64,000 bases of DNA from Leptospiraceae bacterium (GCA_040217195.1 JAVJNR010000001.1:64001-128000), one strand, 5' to 3'; counted from the stretch's first letter, positions 19,545 through 29,210 are shown. Notes: a model not told the origin generated them from the sequence alone. A program made the numbers and translations.

Positions 19545-22110
19545 AAAATTACCTTCGGAATATCGTGGTCCAGAAAGGGCCTTTCAATTCGATCGCGATA
19601 CCTTTCTGATATATACGGGCATCCACGATGCGGACATGCGTCCGTTTTCGCGGATTGGTGCGGGAACTTCCGTACCGGCAGGACTGCTTCCGCAGATCGA
19701 GAACGTAGTCGTTCCGGAAGAAAATCTGTGGAATGTAGGTCTGGAGGCTGCCTGGCTTAAAGAGTCTCTTGCAGCCGGGTCCGGACATATTCGCTACGTG
19801 GGCTCCAAAGAGAGGACCACTCAGCTACATCGGTATCTGGATCCAAACGAGGATGAAATGTCCGGGTCCAAAGAGGATGCCGGTAATGATCCAGTGGAAT
19901 ATTCCTCCTATTCGGCTCCGGAAAAAGGGGTGTCTCAGAAAGACCGATGCACCATTACCTATATGGCCACCGGTGAATACCAGGTGACTGTGGGAGGCTC
20001 CAGAGTGCTGGACTCTCAATCCCTGAGCCGAGGGCGTATGGGCCTGGACCGGGAGTATGAACAGGTAAACAAGATTCTGTCCAAGCAAGGTCGACGGATG
20101 GAGCATGGTTGGTCCTTCTTTCCTCTGCAAACCGATGGAGATATGCTATCTGTGTACTGGGGTCTGCAGGGTAAAGGTCTGGCTCTTAACCCTCCTGTAG
20201 ATGTCCATTATCACTTCCTGGCAAATGCAATTGATCCAGAAAGACTGCAGATGGTTATTGCAGAAACGGCCGAATTACCCGGGCTTGCAGAGCAGTTTCG
20301 CAGAAACAATACACTGGAACGCCAATTCGGTGCTTATTGCCCGGAAATGGAAAGAATCATTCATCTAAAGCGGATGTATAATCGGGCTCAGGTGAAGACT
20401 TTCGATGATTCCAGAACCCTGCCATTCTCTAAAGAGACTGTATTCTTCTGCTCTCGATCCAAGAGTCATGGTGCTTTCGCGATGAAGGCAAATCCGGAAG
20501 CGGAATACCCGATGCAGATCATCTTTCCACTGCAAAAGGGCAAACAATCCCGCTCCTTCGATTTTACCAAAGGGCCTTTTGACCTAGAAATCATGCGCCT
20601 TGAGGAAGGGCAAAAGTTCGAAGGAGCCGGCTCCTATCTCACATTGATAGGTCGAGGTCATGCTTCGCCAAAGAAATTTAGCAAGTCTAAACTAAAAGGA
20701 GCAGCTTTTCCTCTACTGTCCGGAAGCGAATACAGGCTGCAGCAAATTGTAAATCTGTCCAATCTGGCCGATGAACTGTCCCTGGGCCTGAAGGGTAGTG
20801 AATTCGAACAAACCGTGCCGGAGCTACTGTCTCTGATGGGCCAGAGTGGCCCGAACCTGGATGAAGAGGCGGTACTGGATCTGCTTTATCGAATTCGAAC
20901 CCAGGCAGTCCCGGATAACATTCTGCTTCGAATTAATCTAGGGGAAGCCACTCGTGCAGTCCATAGTTACCTGGGTACTCTGAAGGATAAGTTCCCAAAA
21001 GTGGCCAAACTGTCCGAGAAGGTTTTCAAACGCTATTCAACCGATAAACTCAAGGTCCGAGACCTGGAAGCTCTGGAAGGGGCGGTGGCCTTTGATGTAT
21101 ATGCGGTACAGGCTCGAATCAGCATTCTGCAAGTTCGTCCGGTGCATGCACCTCGAATTGCCATTGTATTCCCTCCGGAAATCGATACTATCAAGGCCGA
21201 GCAAAAGGAATACAGGAAGTATCTAAAGGAACAGAACCGTATTCTGGACAAAGGCGACGAGTCTCCTTCGGAGCGAGCCACACTGGAGTTTCTAGAGAAG
21301 CTACTGGAAGAGAGACTGCATCTTGCAGAAGAAAGGGAACGGCTGGGTGATCTGCTCCAGGATCTGGATTTATCGGGGCCGGTGGAAGACAAGGGTGATC
21401 TCCCTTTCCACATGAAGCTGCCTTACTGGTTACGAAGAACCTTCGAATTCCTGCGAATTCCAGAATTCGTTGAATGGGTGAAAGGCCTGTTCGGTGGAGG
21501 CAGCAATCGAGAAAAGGGATCTCTGACAACCGGGCTGTCTGCCTGGCTACTGATTCCTCTGGCGGCGGTTTTGCTTGGACTACTCGGGTTGGGCCTGTAT
21601 GCGACCACTGATAATGAGACCGGAGAGAATTCGGTGGTAACCATGGTCAAAGGCTGGTTCTCCAGCGATGAGGCACCTGAATCTGAGGATCCGCTATATC
21701 TCACAGACTCCTCTTCCACAGATCCGGGAACACCCGAGGTTGCTGGACTGGATCCAGCCCTGAGCATTGCCGCTCCAGGAGGCATCCAGGAGAATCGAAC
21801 TGTTCCGGGAGAAGAGGATGTTCAGGTCACAGATCAGGAAGTCTTCCAGTTCTCCAATCTTCTGGCTCGAAGAAATGGGTTTGCGGCCCTGCGTGAACAA
21901 GACCCGGATCTGAGAAATCCGGACCTGGTCTTTCCGGGAGATCGATTGAACCTGCCGGATGGAAGAATCCTGCAGATTACTCCAGGAGAATATATCTGGG
22001 AGATATCAAGGAAGCAGTATAGAAAAGATATGGCCAGACTGCAAATCCTGGATCGGCAGGTGCGAAACCTGGGCCAGGAGTATCAAAAAAAAAAGAGCCT
22101 GATGTCCTGA
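19525..22110 (+). CDS. Large bitopic membrane protein with C-terminal LysM-like motif; may extend to 22211 by frameshift
   Basis: Coiled coil, TM helix WLLIPLAAVLLGLLGLGLY, LysM-like DPDLRNPDLVFPGDRLNLP. A10 tract at 22085-22094. Confidence 0.75.
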   Translation: MATKRDRKLPSEYRGPERAFQFDRDTFLIYTGIHDADMRPFSRIGAGTSVPAGLLPQIENVVVPEENLWNVGLEAAWLKESLAAGSGHIRYVGSKERTTQLHRYLDPNEDEMSGSKEDAGNDPVEYSSYSAPEKGVSQKDRCTITYMATGEYQVTVGGSRVLDSQSLSRGRMGLDREYEQVNKILSKQGRRMEHGWSFFPLQTDGDMLSVYWGLQGKGLALNPPVDVHYHFLANAIDPERLQMVIAETAELPGLAEQFRRNNTLERQFGAYCPEMERIIHLKRMYNRAQVKTFDDSRTLPFSKETVFFCSRSKSHGAFAMKANPEAEYPMQIIFPLQKGKQSRSFDFTKGPFDLEIMRLEEGQKFEGAGSYLTLIGRGHASPKKFSKSKLKGAAFPLLSGSEYRLQQIVNLSNLADELSLGLKGSEFEQTVPELLSLMGQSGPNLDEEAVLDLLYRIRTQAVPDNILLRINLGEATRAVHSYLGTLKDKFPKVAKLSEKVFKRYSTDKLKVRDLEALEGAVAFDVYAVQARISILQVRPVHAPRIAIVFPPEIDTIKAEQKEYRKYLKEQNRILDKGDESPSERATLEFLEKLLEERLHLAEERERLGDLLQDLDLSGPVEDKGDLPFHMKLPYWLRRTFEFLRIPEFVEWVKGLFGGGSNREKGSLTTGLSAWLLIPLAAVLLGLLGLGLYATTDNETGENSVVTMVKGWFSSDEAPESEDPLYLTDSSSTDPGTPEVAGLDPALSIAAPGGIQENRTVPGEEDVQVTDQEVFQFSNLLARRNGFAALREQDPDLRNPDLVFPGDRLNLPDGRILQITPGEYIWEISRKQYRKDMARLQILDRQVRNLGQEYQKKKSLMS

Positions 22111-22220
22111 ACCGGATCAAGGCATTAATAAACGTGATGGATCGGCTGGCCGTTACCGAGCGTATGCGCAATCTGCAAAATCAGACTGCCCGGTACGCCC
22201 GGTCCCTCTGAATCCCCGAG

Positions 22221-22427
22221 TCAGGAATTCCCTTGAGAGTTATTTTCAACCAATTGAATGATATCGTCTATGAAGACTCTGTGCTCCACAAGCATGCCAT
22301 GGAGCCTTTGATGTTGTCCGCTGTTAATAAGTCCAGTTACAAGTTCGCCCAGATGTTTTCGTATAATTGCATCATGCTGGCTGGCTTCATCCTGAGATTG
22401 ACTTTCCGGTTGCATACATCTAATCAT
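22221..22427 (-). CDS. Possible small hypothetical protein
   Basis: 68-aa ORF filling an otherwise empty gap; plausible helical composition, no recognisable motif. Confidence 0.3.
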   Translation of the reverse strand: MIRCMQPESQSQDEASQHDAIIRKHLGELVTGLINSGQHQRLHGMLVEHRVFIDDIIQLVENNSQGNS

Positions 22428-22489
22428 CGGCAGAAGCGCACATTGAAAAGTATTTTTCTAAACGATTCCAGCCTGGAAAGGTGCCAACC

Positions 22490-23542
22490 ATGACTGTTTC
22501 CGAACTGGATCGACTGAAGCAGGAGAATGAAAAGCTCCTGGAGACCCTGGAAGTAAACCGCGTGGTCTCTTCCAGTTTGAATCTGGAAGTGGTGCTTGGA
22601 ACCTTGATGGAAAAGGCCAAGACACTCCTGGAAGCAGAAGCATCCAGCTTGATGATGGTCGATGATGAGGTGCAGGAGCTGTATTTTCATACCGTCCGTG
22701 GCGAAAAGAGCGATGCGGTGCGCAAAATTCGACTGAAAATGGGAGAAGGCATAGCTGGATGGGTGGCCCATGAAGGAAAACCTGTGCTGGTGCCTGATTG
22801 CTCCCAGGACCCCAGGTTCTATAAGCGGGCGGACCAGCTTACGGAATTTGTAACGCGCAGTATGATGTGTGTACCTCTGAAAGCCAGGAAGCGAATCATC
22901 GGCACCGTGCAGGTCTTAAATAAGACAGGCGAAAGGCAATTCGATGAATGGGATTTGAAGATATTTGAAGTGATGGCCGATCAGGCTGCTGTGGCCATTG
23001 ACAACGCCAGATTACATGAAATGGCCACTGTGGATGCCATGACCGGCCTTTACATGAAAGCGTATTTCCTTGCAAGGCTGGATGATGAGGTAAAGAGATT
23101 CAAAAACCAGGGAGTCCCTGTGGCGCTGCTGATGAGCGACATTGATCATTTTAGAGTGGTGAACAATGAATACGGTCATCAGGCTGGAGATGCGGCTCTG
23201 GTGGAACTGGCACAGGTTATTCTGGATACGGTACATGAGCTGGGCGGTGAGGATATGGCCGGCCGTTATGGCGGTGAAGAATTCTGTGTACTTCTGCCTG
23301 AAACCGGTCCAGAGCGGGCCATGGAAGTGGCCGAAAGGATCAGGAAAAACATCGAATCCAGGCCCATACCGATTGACGGCAAGGATGTGCACATTACCAT
23401 CTCCATCGGAGTTTCATGCCTGCCTGAGCATAGAGACCATTTGCAGGTATCCGAGGATATGGTTAAGTTTGCGGACGAAGCACTTTATATCTGCAAGGAC
23501 AACGGACGAAATTGTGTTGCCCTGTATGAACAACGGAATTGA
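22490..23542 (+). CDS. GAF-sensor diguanylate cyclase
   Basis: GAF domain (GEGIAGWVA, DPRF, MMCVPL); DIDHF..VN..YGH..GD; GRYGGEEF. No RxxD I-site (GGED instead). Confidence 0.92.
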   Translation: MTVSELDRLKQENEKLLETLEVNRVVSSSLNLEVVLGTLMEKAKTLLEAEASSLMMVDDEVQELYFHTVRGEKSDAVRKIRLKMGEGIAGWVAHEGKPVLVPDCSQDPRFYKRADQLTEFVTRSMMCVPLKARKRIIGTVQVLNKTGERQFDEWDLKIFEVMADQAAVAIDNARLHEMATVDAMTGLYMKAYFLARLDDEVKRFKNQGVPVALLMSDIDHFRVVNNEYGHQAGDAALVELAQVILDTVHELGGEDMAGRYGGEEFCVLLPETGPERAMEVAERIRKNIESRPIPIDGKDVHITISIGVSCLPEHRDHLQVSEDMVKFADEALYICKDNGRNCVALYEQRN

Positions 23543-23574
23543 AATAAAAGATCATTTTGCGATAGGAGATAGAC

Positions 23575-26172
23575 ATGCCTGATTTTTATCCATTTAGCCA
23601 GAAGGGATGCACAAACGACGAAGAAGTCTGGGAAAAGTCCGGACGCCGTGGACAGCGAGCCTTTGAGCTGGCAGCCATGGGCCTTCCCATCGTCCCCGGT
23701 TTTGTACTGGATTCTGGACTCACCCCTAACATGGCCAGTACGAACCTGGCCCCCATAGTTAAAGAAGGTGTTGGTGCCATCGAAGAGGGAATCGGCCGAA
23801 AGTTTGGCGATATTTCCAATCCATTGCTGGTGAAGGTAGTTGTAAGCTCCAATCTGAGCCTGCCCATCTATCCCACAGTATTTAACATAGGTCTGTCCCC
23901 TGTAACCATGGCTGGCTTTGCATCATTGATTGGCGAAAAGTCTGCCTGGTTCGAGTATTGCTATCTTCTGCGAACTGCAGGAACGAAAATCTATGATATT
24001 GAAGCAGCCCGATTTGATGAAATCCAGAAGAAATATCCGGATACCGTAGAAGGGCTGAAATCCTGTGCTCAGGAAATGCTCGGTCTGGTTGGCAAAGATA
24101 ATATTCCCGACGACCCGTTGGAGCAACTGGCAGTAATCTGTAAGAACCTGGCCAAGCGCTATTATGATCCAGAAATGGATTCTGAAGATCCGGCAGCCCT
24201 GATAGTACAGGGAATGGTATTCGGCAATCTGGGCGAAGATTCTGCAGTGGGTATGTACAATACTCGCAACATCGTATCCGGTGACAATAACCTGGATGGA
24301 AGCTTCCTTCGCAATGTTTACACCCTGGAAAAGAAAGGGGACGATATCCATCAACTGGATTCTGCCTATCTGGACGAGCTAAAGAATATTGGCTCATCTC
24401 TGGAGAAGAAGTTCCGGGAAATCCGAGAAGTTAAATTTATCATCGAAAAGAAGAAGCTATGGCTTCTGAATCAAACCACAGTAGATCGAAAGTCCACTCA
24501 GGCTCATCTGCGAACCTTACTGGATCTTCTGAAAGAGGGTGTTGTAGAAGAGAAATGGGTCGTGGAGCAAATCCCTCCTGGTCAGCTGGCTACGCTTCTA
24601 CACTCCGTTGTGGATCCTGAGACCATGGAAAAGATGCCCACCATTGCCGGTGGACTTACCGGTGCTCCAGGAGCGGCAGTTGGTCGAGTATTCTTTACTG
24701 CAGACCGATTGATGGAGGTACATCGTGAGGCGATTCAAAAAGGTGAGGATACACGTCTTATTCTTGTTGTTTCTGCCTCCTATGCAGAGGACGTAAAGGC
24801 CATCGAAGTGGGCCAGGGTGTAATATCCAATGAAGGTGGATATTCGTCCCACGCTCCTGTAGTGTCCCGATCTCTAGGAAAAGTGAGTATTGTTCAGCCT
24901 GAGATGAAGATCGGAGCTGATTACCTGGAAATTGACGGCCATCGCATCAATGAAGGTGATTACGTAACCATGGATGCGCCGGTTTACAAGGCTCCTACCC
25001 TGGGAATTGGAAAGGCAGATCTGATCAGTCCAGATATCCATACAAATGGACTGGTAGAGTTCATTGCCATAGTTAAGAAATACATCACAGACGATTTTCT
25101 GGTTCGTGCAAATGCCGACCTGGGCCGGGATGCCAGGACAGCCAAAACCATGGGTGCCTATGGAATCGGGCTGTGTCGTACCGAGCACATGTTCTTTGCA
25201 GAAGATCGTATTCAGAGATTCCGGGAAATGATTCTCTCCAAAACCGAGGAAGAGAGACTGAAGGCTCTGGAAGACCTGCGGCCCATGCAAAAGCAGGACT
25301 TTACAGACCTTTTTGCTACTATGGCTCCTCATCATGTAACCATTCGATTACTGGATGCTCCTTTGCATGAATTCCTGCCACGCAGTGAAGATACTTTGAA
25401 CGATTATCTGAAGTATCTATCTAACAAAGGTGCCACCGCAGATAAGAAAGAAATCGAAGAGAGAATTGAAAGACTTCATGAATTCAATCCGATGCTGGGA
25501 CACCGAGGATGTCGAGTAGCGGTAACGTATCCGGAAATCTATCATATGCAGGTTAAGGCTATCTTTGAGGCAGCCTGCGAACTCAAGAAGCAGGGAACAG
25601 ATATCATTCCTGAAATCATGATTCCTATTGTGATGAACCCCAATGAGCTGAAGTTTATCAAAAACGGAAAGGTCATCGAGGGTAAATCGATCAAGGGGAT
25701 TCGAGATATTGCCAAAGAGGTCTTCACGTCCATGGGAATCGAAGTGCCTTATAAAGTTGGAACAATGATTGAGCTGCCTGCAGCCGGTCTGCTTTCCGAT
25801 GACCTGGCCCAGTATGCAGAATTCTTTAGCTACGGAACCAATGACCTGACCCAGACTACCTTCGGTTTAAGCCGGGATGATGCTAACTCCTTCTTCCCTG
25901 CTTATACAGAGTTTGACCTACTGGCAAACAATCCATTCCAGGTGCTGGGTAAGCCAGTTAAGGAATTGATTGGTATTTCTGCGGAACGGGGGCGGATTGT
26001 TCGACCGGACTTGAAGCTGGGTCTTTGCGGCGAGCATGGAGCCGATCCGGAAAACATTGAATTTTGCGTGGAAGCCGGACTGGATTACGTATCCTGCTCT
26101 GCTTACAGTGTGCCCATCGCATTGCTCTCTGTGGCTCAGCTCAATCTCAAGCGCGAAGCAGAAGCGAAATAG
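23575..26172 (+). CDS. ppdK: Pyruvate phosphate dikinase-family protein with divergent nucleotide-binding domain
   Basis: Phospho-His motif GGYSSHA; GIGLCRTEHMFF, EFNPMLGHRGCR, FFSYGTNDLTQ and GLCGEHG. AGGAG SD. Confidence 0.85.
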   Translation: MPDFYPFSQKGCTNDEEVWEKSGRRGQRAFELAAMGLPIVPGFVLDSGLTPNMASTNLAPIVKEGVGAIEEGIGRKFGDISNPLLVKVVVSSNLSLPIYPTVFNIGLSPVTMAGFASLIGEKSAWFEYCYLLRTAGTKIYDIEAARFDEIQKKYPDTVEGLKSCAQEMLGLVGKDNIPDDPLEQLAVICKNLAKRYYDPEMDSEDPAALIVQGMVFGNLGEDSAVGMYNTRNIVSGDNNLDGSFLRNVYTLEKKGDDIHQLDSAYLDELKNIGSSLEKKFREIREVKFIIEKKKLWLLNQTTVDRKSTQAHLRTLLDLLKEGVVEEKWVVEQIPPGQLATLLHSVVDPETMEKMPTIAGGLTGAPGAAVGRVFFTADRLMEVHREAIQKGEDTRLILVVSASYAEDVKAIEVGQGVISNEGGYSSHAPVVSRSLGKVSIVQPEMKIGADYLEIDGHRINEGDYVTMDAPVYKAPTLGIGKADLISPDIHTNGLVEFIAIVKKYITDDFLVRANADLGRDARTAKTMGAYGIGLCRTEHMFFAEDRIQRFREMILSKTEEERLKALEDLRPMQKQDFTDLFATMAPHHVTIRLLDAPLHEFLPRSEDTLNDYLKYLSNKGATADKKEIEERIERLHEFNPMLGHRGCRVAVTYPEIYHMQVKAIFEAACELKKQGTDIIPEIMIPIVMNPNELKFIKNGKVIEGKSIKGIRDIAKEVFTSMGIEVPYKVGTMIELPAAGLLSDDLAQYAEFFSYGTNDLTQTTFGLSRDDANSFFPAYTEFDLLANNPFQVLGKPVKELIGISAERGRIVRPDLKLGLCGEHGADPENIEFCVEAGLDYVSCSAYSVPIALLSVAQLNLKREAEAK

Positions 26173-26278
26173 AAATGATCTACAGGTATGGCGATCCGGC
26201 AACGGATGGCCATGTCCGGGTCATAGGGAAATAAATTGAACTGCCGGTCCAATCATTCGGACCGGGTATTAGGGAAAG

Positions 26279-26301
26279 GCGGCTCCCGGAGCCGCTTTTT
26301 T
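26279..26301 (+). terminator. Intrinsic terminator after ppdK
   Basis: GCGGCTC-ccg-GAGCCGC followed by T6. Confidence 0.8.
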
Positions 26302-26340
26302 ACGTTTCACCGTCAGAGGGCCGTTCTGTAGAGCTGAAAC

Positions 26341-26523
26341 TCATTGATCGGCATTGCCAGTTGCTGGTTTGTTTATTTGTCGCATTCCATGCAGAAGCAT
26401 CCCGGTCAATTCCAGCAATTCCTCTCTGGTGAGCTGCAATGAAACACTACAAATATTTAATCGAAGATGGCCACAGTCGGCTCGGCAGAGGCTGCCAATC
26501 TCGCTTTTTGACAGAGCTCTCAT
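26341..26523 (-). CDS. Small Cys/His protein (60 aa), apparent paralogue of its upstream neighbour
   Basis: ATGA overlap with the upstream ORF; motif CRADCGHLRLNICSVSLQLT. Confidence 0.6.
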   Translation of the reverse strand: MRALSKSEIGSLCRADCGHLRLNICSVSLQLTREELLELTGMLLHGMRQINKPATGNADQ

Positions 26524-26714
26524 AGTCTTAGCTCCCTGGCATCCTGAGCTTCCCAGTCCACGGATTGCATTGCATGGGCCATGCTGAAAAACTGCACCGC
26601 ACTTAGATGTATTGTGGTTCTACCCACGGATAAATGATACTGCCCACAGCTGCAACGATCGATCTGACAGCTGGCATTTCGATGTAAATTCTGCACTTTA
26701 TGTTCTGTTTCCAT
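26520..26714 (-). CDS. Small Cys/His protein (64 aa)
   Basis: AGGAGG SD before the ATG at 26714 (METEHK...); motif RCSCGQYHLSVGRTTIHLS. Confidence 0.7.
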   Translation of the reverse strand: METEHKVQNLHRNASCQIDRCSCGQYHLSVGRTTIHLSAVQFFSMAHAMQSVDWEAQDARELRL

Positions 26715-26766
26715 AGACCCTCCTGAGAGGCTACTATGAGCAACACGCAGAAATCCGTCAATTAAA

Positions 26767-26783
26767 ATGAGACTCAGTCTCAT
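26767..26783. promoter_or_regulatory. Perfect 8-1-8 palindrome ATGAGACT-C-AGTCTCAT, Fur-box-like operator
   Basis: Seen directly in AT-rich context 52 bp upstream of the ORF starting at 26714; geometry resembles the 7-1-7 TGATAATnATTATCA Fur box. Confidence 0.6.
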
Positions 26784-26951
26784 AAAGTGAACTGCCGACA
26801 CCTCTGTATCTTCCCGGATGTAATCGAAGGGCAGGGGGATGAAAGTCAAAGTCCAGGATTCGGATAGGACCCTGCCGCTAATGCCCGATATTCGGCTGCA
26901 GTCGCGGCAGGGTAAACTAAGACGGGCCAGACACGGCCCGAAATCGAAGTG

Positions 26952-27845
26952 CTAGGTTGTGGCGGATGGAGGGTGCTTCAACTGATAGCTCTTCACCATT
27001 CGTCCGAATATTACCACGGCAACGAATCCAGTGGCAAACATGACCAGGCTGTATATAGCAGGGGCCAGGGCCATCTTGGAATTCTTAATAATTTCAGCGG
27101 CGATGGCAATACCCAGGGTTCCATTCTGAAGGCCAGATTCCATGGATATGGAAACACCCATGCGTATATCCTTAAGTAGCAGCCGGGCTGAAAGAAATCC
27201 TAATAGCATGGTGGCGATGTTCAAAGCCAGGGTAGCAGGCCCCAGTGTCCTGAAGGCATCCACGATAATATCTTTTTCCTGAAGGATTGCGCCGGCGACT
27301 ATCAGGATTAAGAGGATGGTGGAGAGTATGCGGACCGGCCGTTCTGCTTTGTGGGAAAGAGATGGCTTGAAGTATCGAAGCAGCATACCAATGGAAATGG
27401 GTAGAATCGTAATTCCTATCACTTTCAGCACTGTTTCAAGAACATCGATTTGTTTTGCCTCGGCTCCCATGAACTCCCCAATGGCAAAATTTACAATCAA
27501 TGGTATGGTCAATACAGCCAGGCAACTGGAAAGTGCAGTGAGCGTGATGGACAGAGCAGTATTCCCGCGAGCCAGGTGTGCAAATAGATTTGAAGTTACC
27601 CCCCCGGGGCAAGCAGCCAGAATCATGATACCCACGGCATGCTCGGGTTCCAGATCAAATGAGGTCGCTATTGCGAAGCCAATAAGGGGCAGCAGAATGA
27701 TCTGATTGGTGAGGCCCAGAAAAACAGGTCCCGGATATTGCAATACTCTCTTAAAATCGTCCAGCACCAGGGTAAGGCCCATGCCGAGCATGATAATGCC
27801 CAGGGCCACCGGTAGGCCCACACTTGTTAAAAAACTCTCTTCCAT
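26952..27845 (-). CDS. Bile acid:sodium symporter family transporter
   Basis: IMLGMGLTL, CPGGVTSN and ESGLQNGTL motifs. Confidence 0.92.
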   Translation of the reverse strand: MEESFLTSVGLPVALGIIMLGMGLTLVLDDFKRVLQYPGPVFLGLTNQIILLPLIGFAIATSFDLEPEHAVGIMILAACPGGVTSNLFAHLARGNTALSITLTALSSCLAVLTIPLIVNFAIGEFMGAEAKQIDVLETVLKVIGITILPISIGMLLRYFKPSLSHKAERPVRILSTILLILIVAGAILQEKDIIVDAFRTLGPATLALNIATMLLGFLSARLLLKDIRMGVSISMESGLQNGTLGIAIAAEIIKNSKMALAPAIYSLVMFATGFVAVVIFGRMVKSYQLKHPPSATT

Positions 27846-28067
27846 TAGTTTTTCCTTATTTGAATAGTTTTATATTTCAGTTCTGTTTCCGCTCAATTCG
27901 TTTCGGTGCAGATTCCAGACTCTTTATTTGAAATCATTCATGGACTGTGGCAAGCAAAATGTAACGCATTGAAGCCTCAGGCCTGCCTGCAACAGTTGTC
28001 TGCGCGTGTGTAGAATGGGGGATAGGAAGGCCTGGTAGCAAGGAATTACAGGGATGGGAATTAATGA

Positions 28068-28090
28068 AGAAAGGGCCGGATAACCGGCCC
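28068..28090 (-). terminator. Probable terminator after the DAHP synthase gene
   Basis: On the minus strand GGGCCGG-ttat-CCGGCCC followed by TTTCTT. Confidence 0.55.
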
Positions 28091-28136
28091 CTGGAATGCT
28101 CCCACTGGATGTGGAACCTTTGAATATGTCTCGAAA

Positions 28137-29210
28137 TTAGCGAGCCGGAGCCGCTTCATGAGGAGCATAGACCTTCTGATACTTTCGCACTCTCTGGTAG
28201 ATTTCTCGGGCATCCTTGATTAGCTCGGCCAATGTATCTGGAGTAATTGCCTGTTTTGGATCATCTCCGATGCCATGCTTGGGATCCACATGGGATTCAA
28301 TGCATAGACCATCTGCACCGTAAGCCACAGCAGCCAGTGCAGAATGGGGTACATAGATGGATCGGCCCACGGAATGGGAAGGGTCCACTACCACAGGGGC
28401 CCAGGTTTTCTGTTTCAATAAAGGAGTGATGCTTTCATCCGGATGATTTCGGTAGCCGTCCAATCCTGGAACCGTACCCCGGGGGCAGAGCATTACATTC
28501 GGATTGCCAGCTGCCACGATGTATTCTGCCGCACAGATGAATTCACTGATAGGGCCCATATGCATGCTTCGCTTTAGCAATATCAATGTTCCCTTGCCCC
28601 GGGTCATGGAGCCTATCTTCTTGAGTAGAGAGTAATTAAGAGCATTGCGTGCTCCTACCTGTATCATTGGAACACCGGCATCCACGGCAATGGCCAACTG
28701 CTCCTCATCCATTACCTCGGTGTTCACCGGTAGACCTGTTTCCTGAGCAGCCCGGAGTAAAATATCTATCGCTTCATTCGATCCCTGGTAGGTATGAGGA
28801 CTTGTTCTGGGTTTCCAGATACCTCCTCGAATTACATCCGCTCCTGCTTCTTTCACTGCATGTGCTGTTTCCAGAAAGTAGTTTGGATTTCTGGGATCGA
28901 TGGTACATTGTCCGGCCACCACAAGCAAATCTCTGGTTAATACCTTGCCTCCAATACCAAACTCATGATTGTACAGTTCCGACTTAATATCCATAAGTTT
29001 GTAGGCGGACTGGATGGTATCCACCCGGGAAACATAGGACAAACCTTCCAGCCGGTTTATCATCAGCTCATGGCGTTCATCGCCACGAATCGCATAGATG
29101 GTGCGAGTGGTTCCCGGTATGGTACCCAGAGAACAGGAAAATTCGCTAAGAATTTCTTCCACTTCTTTAAACTGTTCTTCGGTGAATCTATCTTCTACGG
29201 GGATAATCAT
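28137..29210 (-). CDS. aroF: DAHP synthase, class I-beta, with N-terminal regulatory domain
   Basis: RGGIWKPRTSP, QVGARN, LKRS, VDPSHS and IESH motifs. Confidence 0.9.
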   Translation of the reverse strand: MIIPVEDRFTEEQFKEVEEILSEFSCSLGTIPGTTRTIYAIRGDERHELMINRLEGLSYVSRVDTIQSAYKLMDIKSELYNHEFGIGGKVLTRDLLVVAGQCTIDPRNPNYFLETAHAVKEAGADVIRGGIWKPRTSPHTYQGSNEAIDILLRAAQETGLPVNTEVMDEEQLAIAVDAGVPMIQVGARNALNYSLLKKIGSMTRGKGTLILLKRSMHMGPISEFICAAEYIVAAGNPNVMLCPRGTVPGLDGYRNHPDESITPLLKQKTWAPVVVDPSHSVGRSIYVPHSALAAVAYGADGLCIESHVDPKHGIGDDPKQAITPDTLAELIKDAREIYQRVRKYQKVYAPHEAAPAR

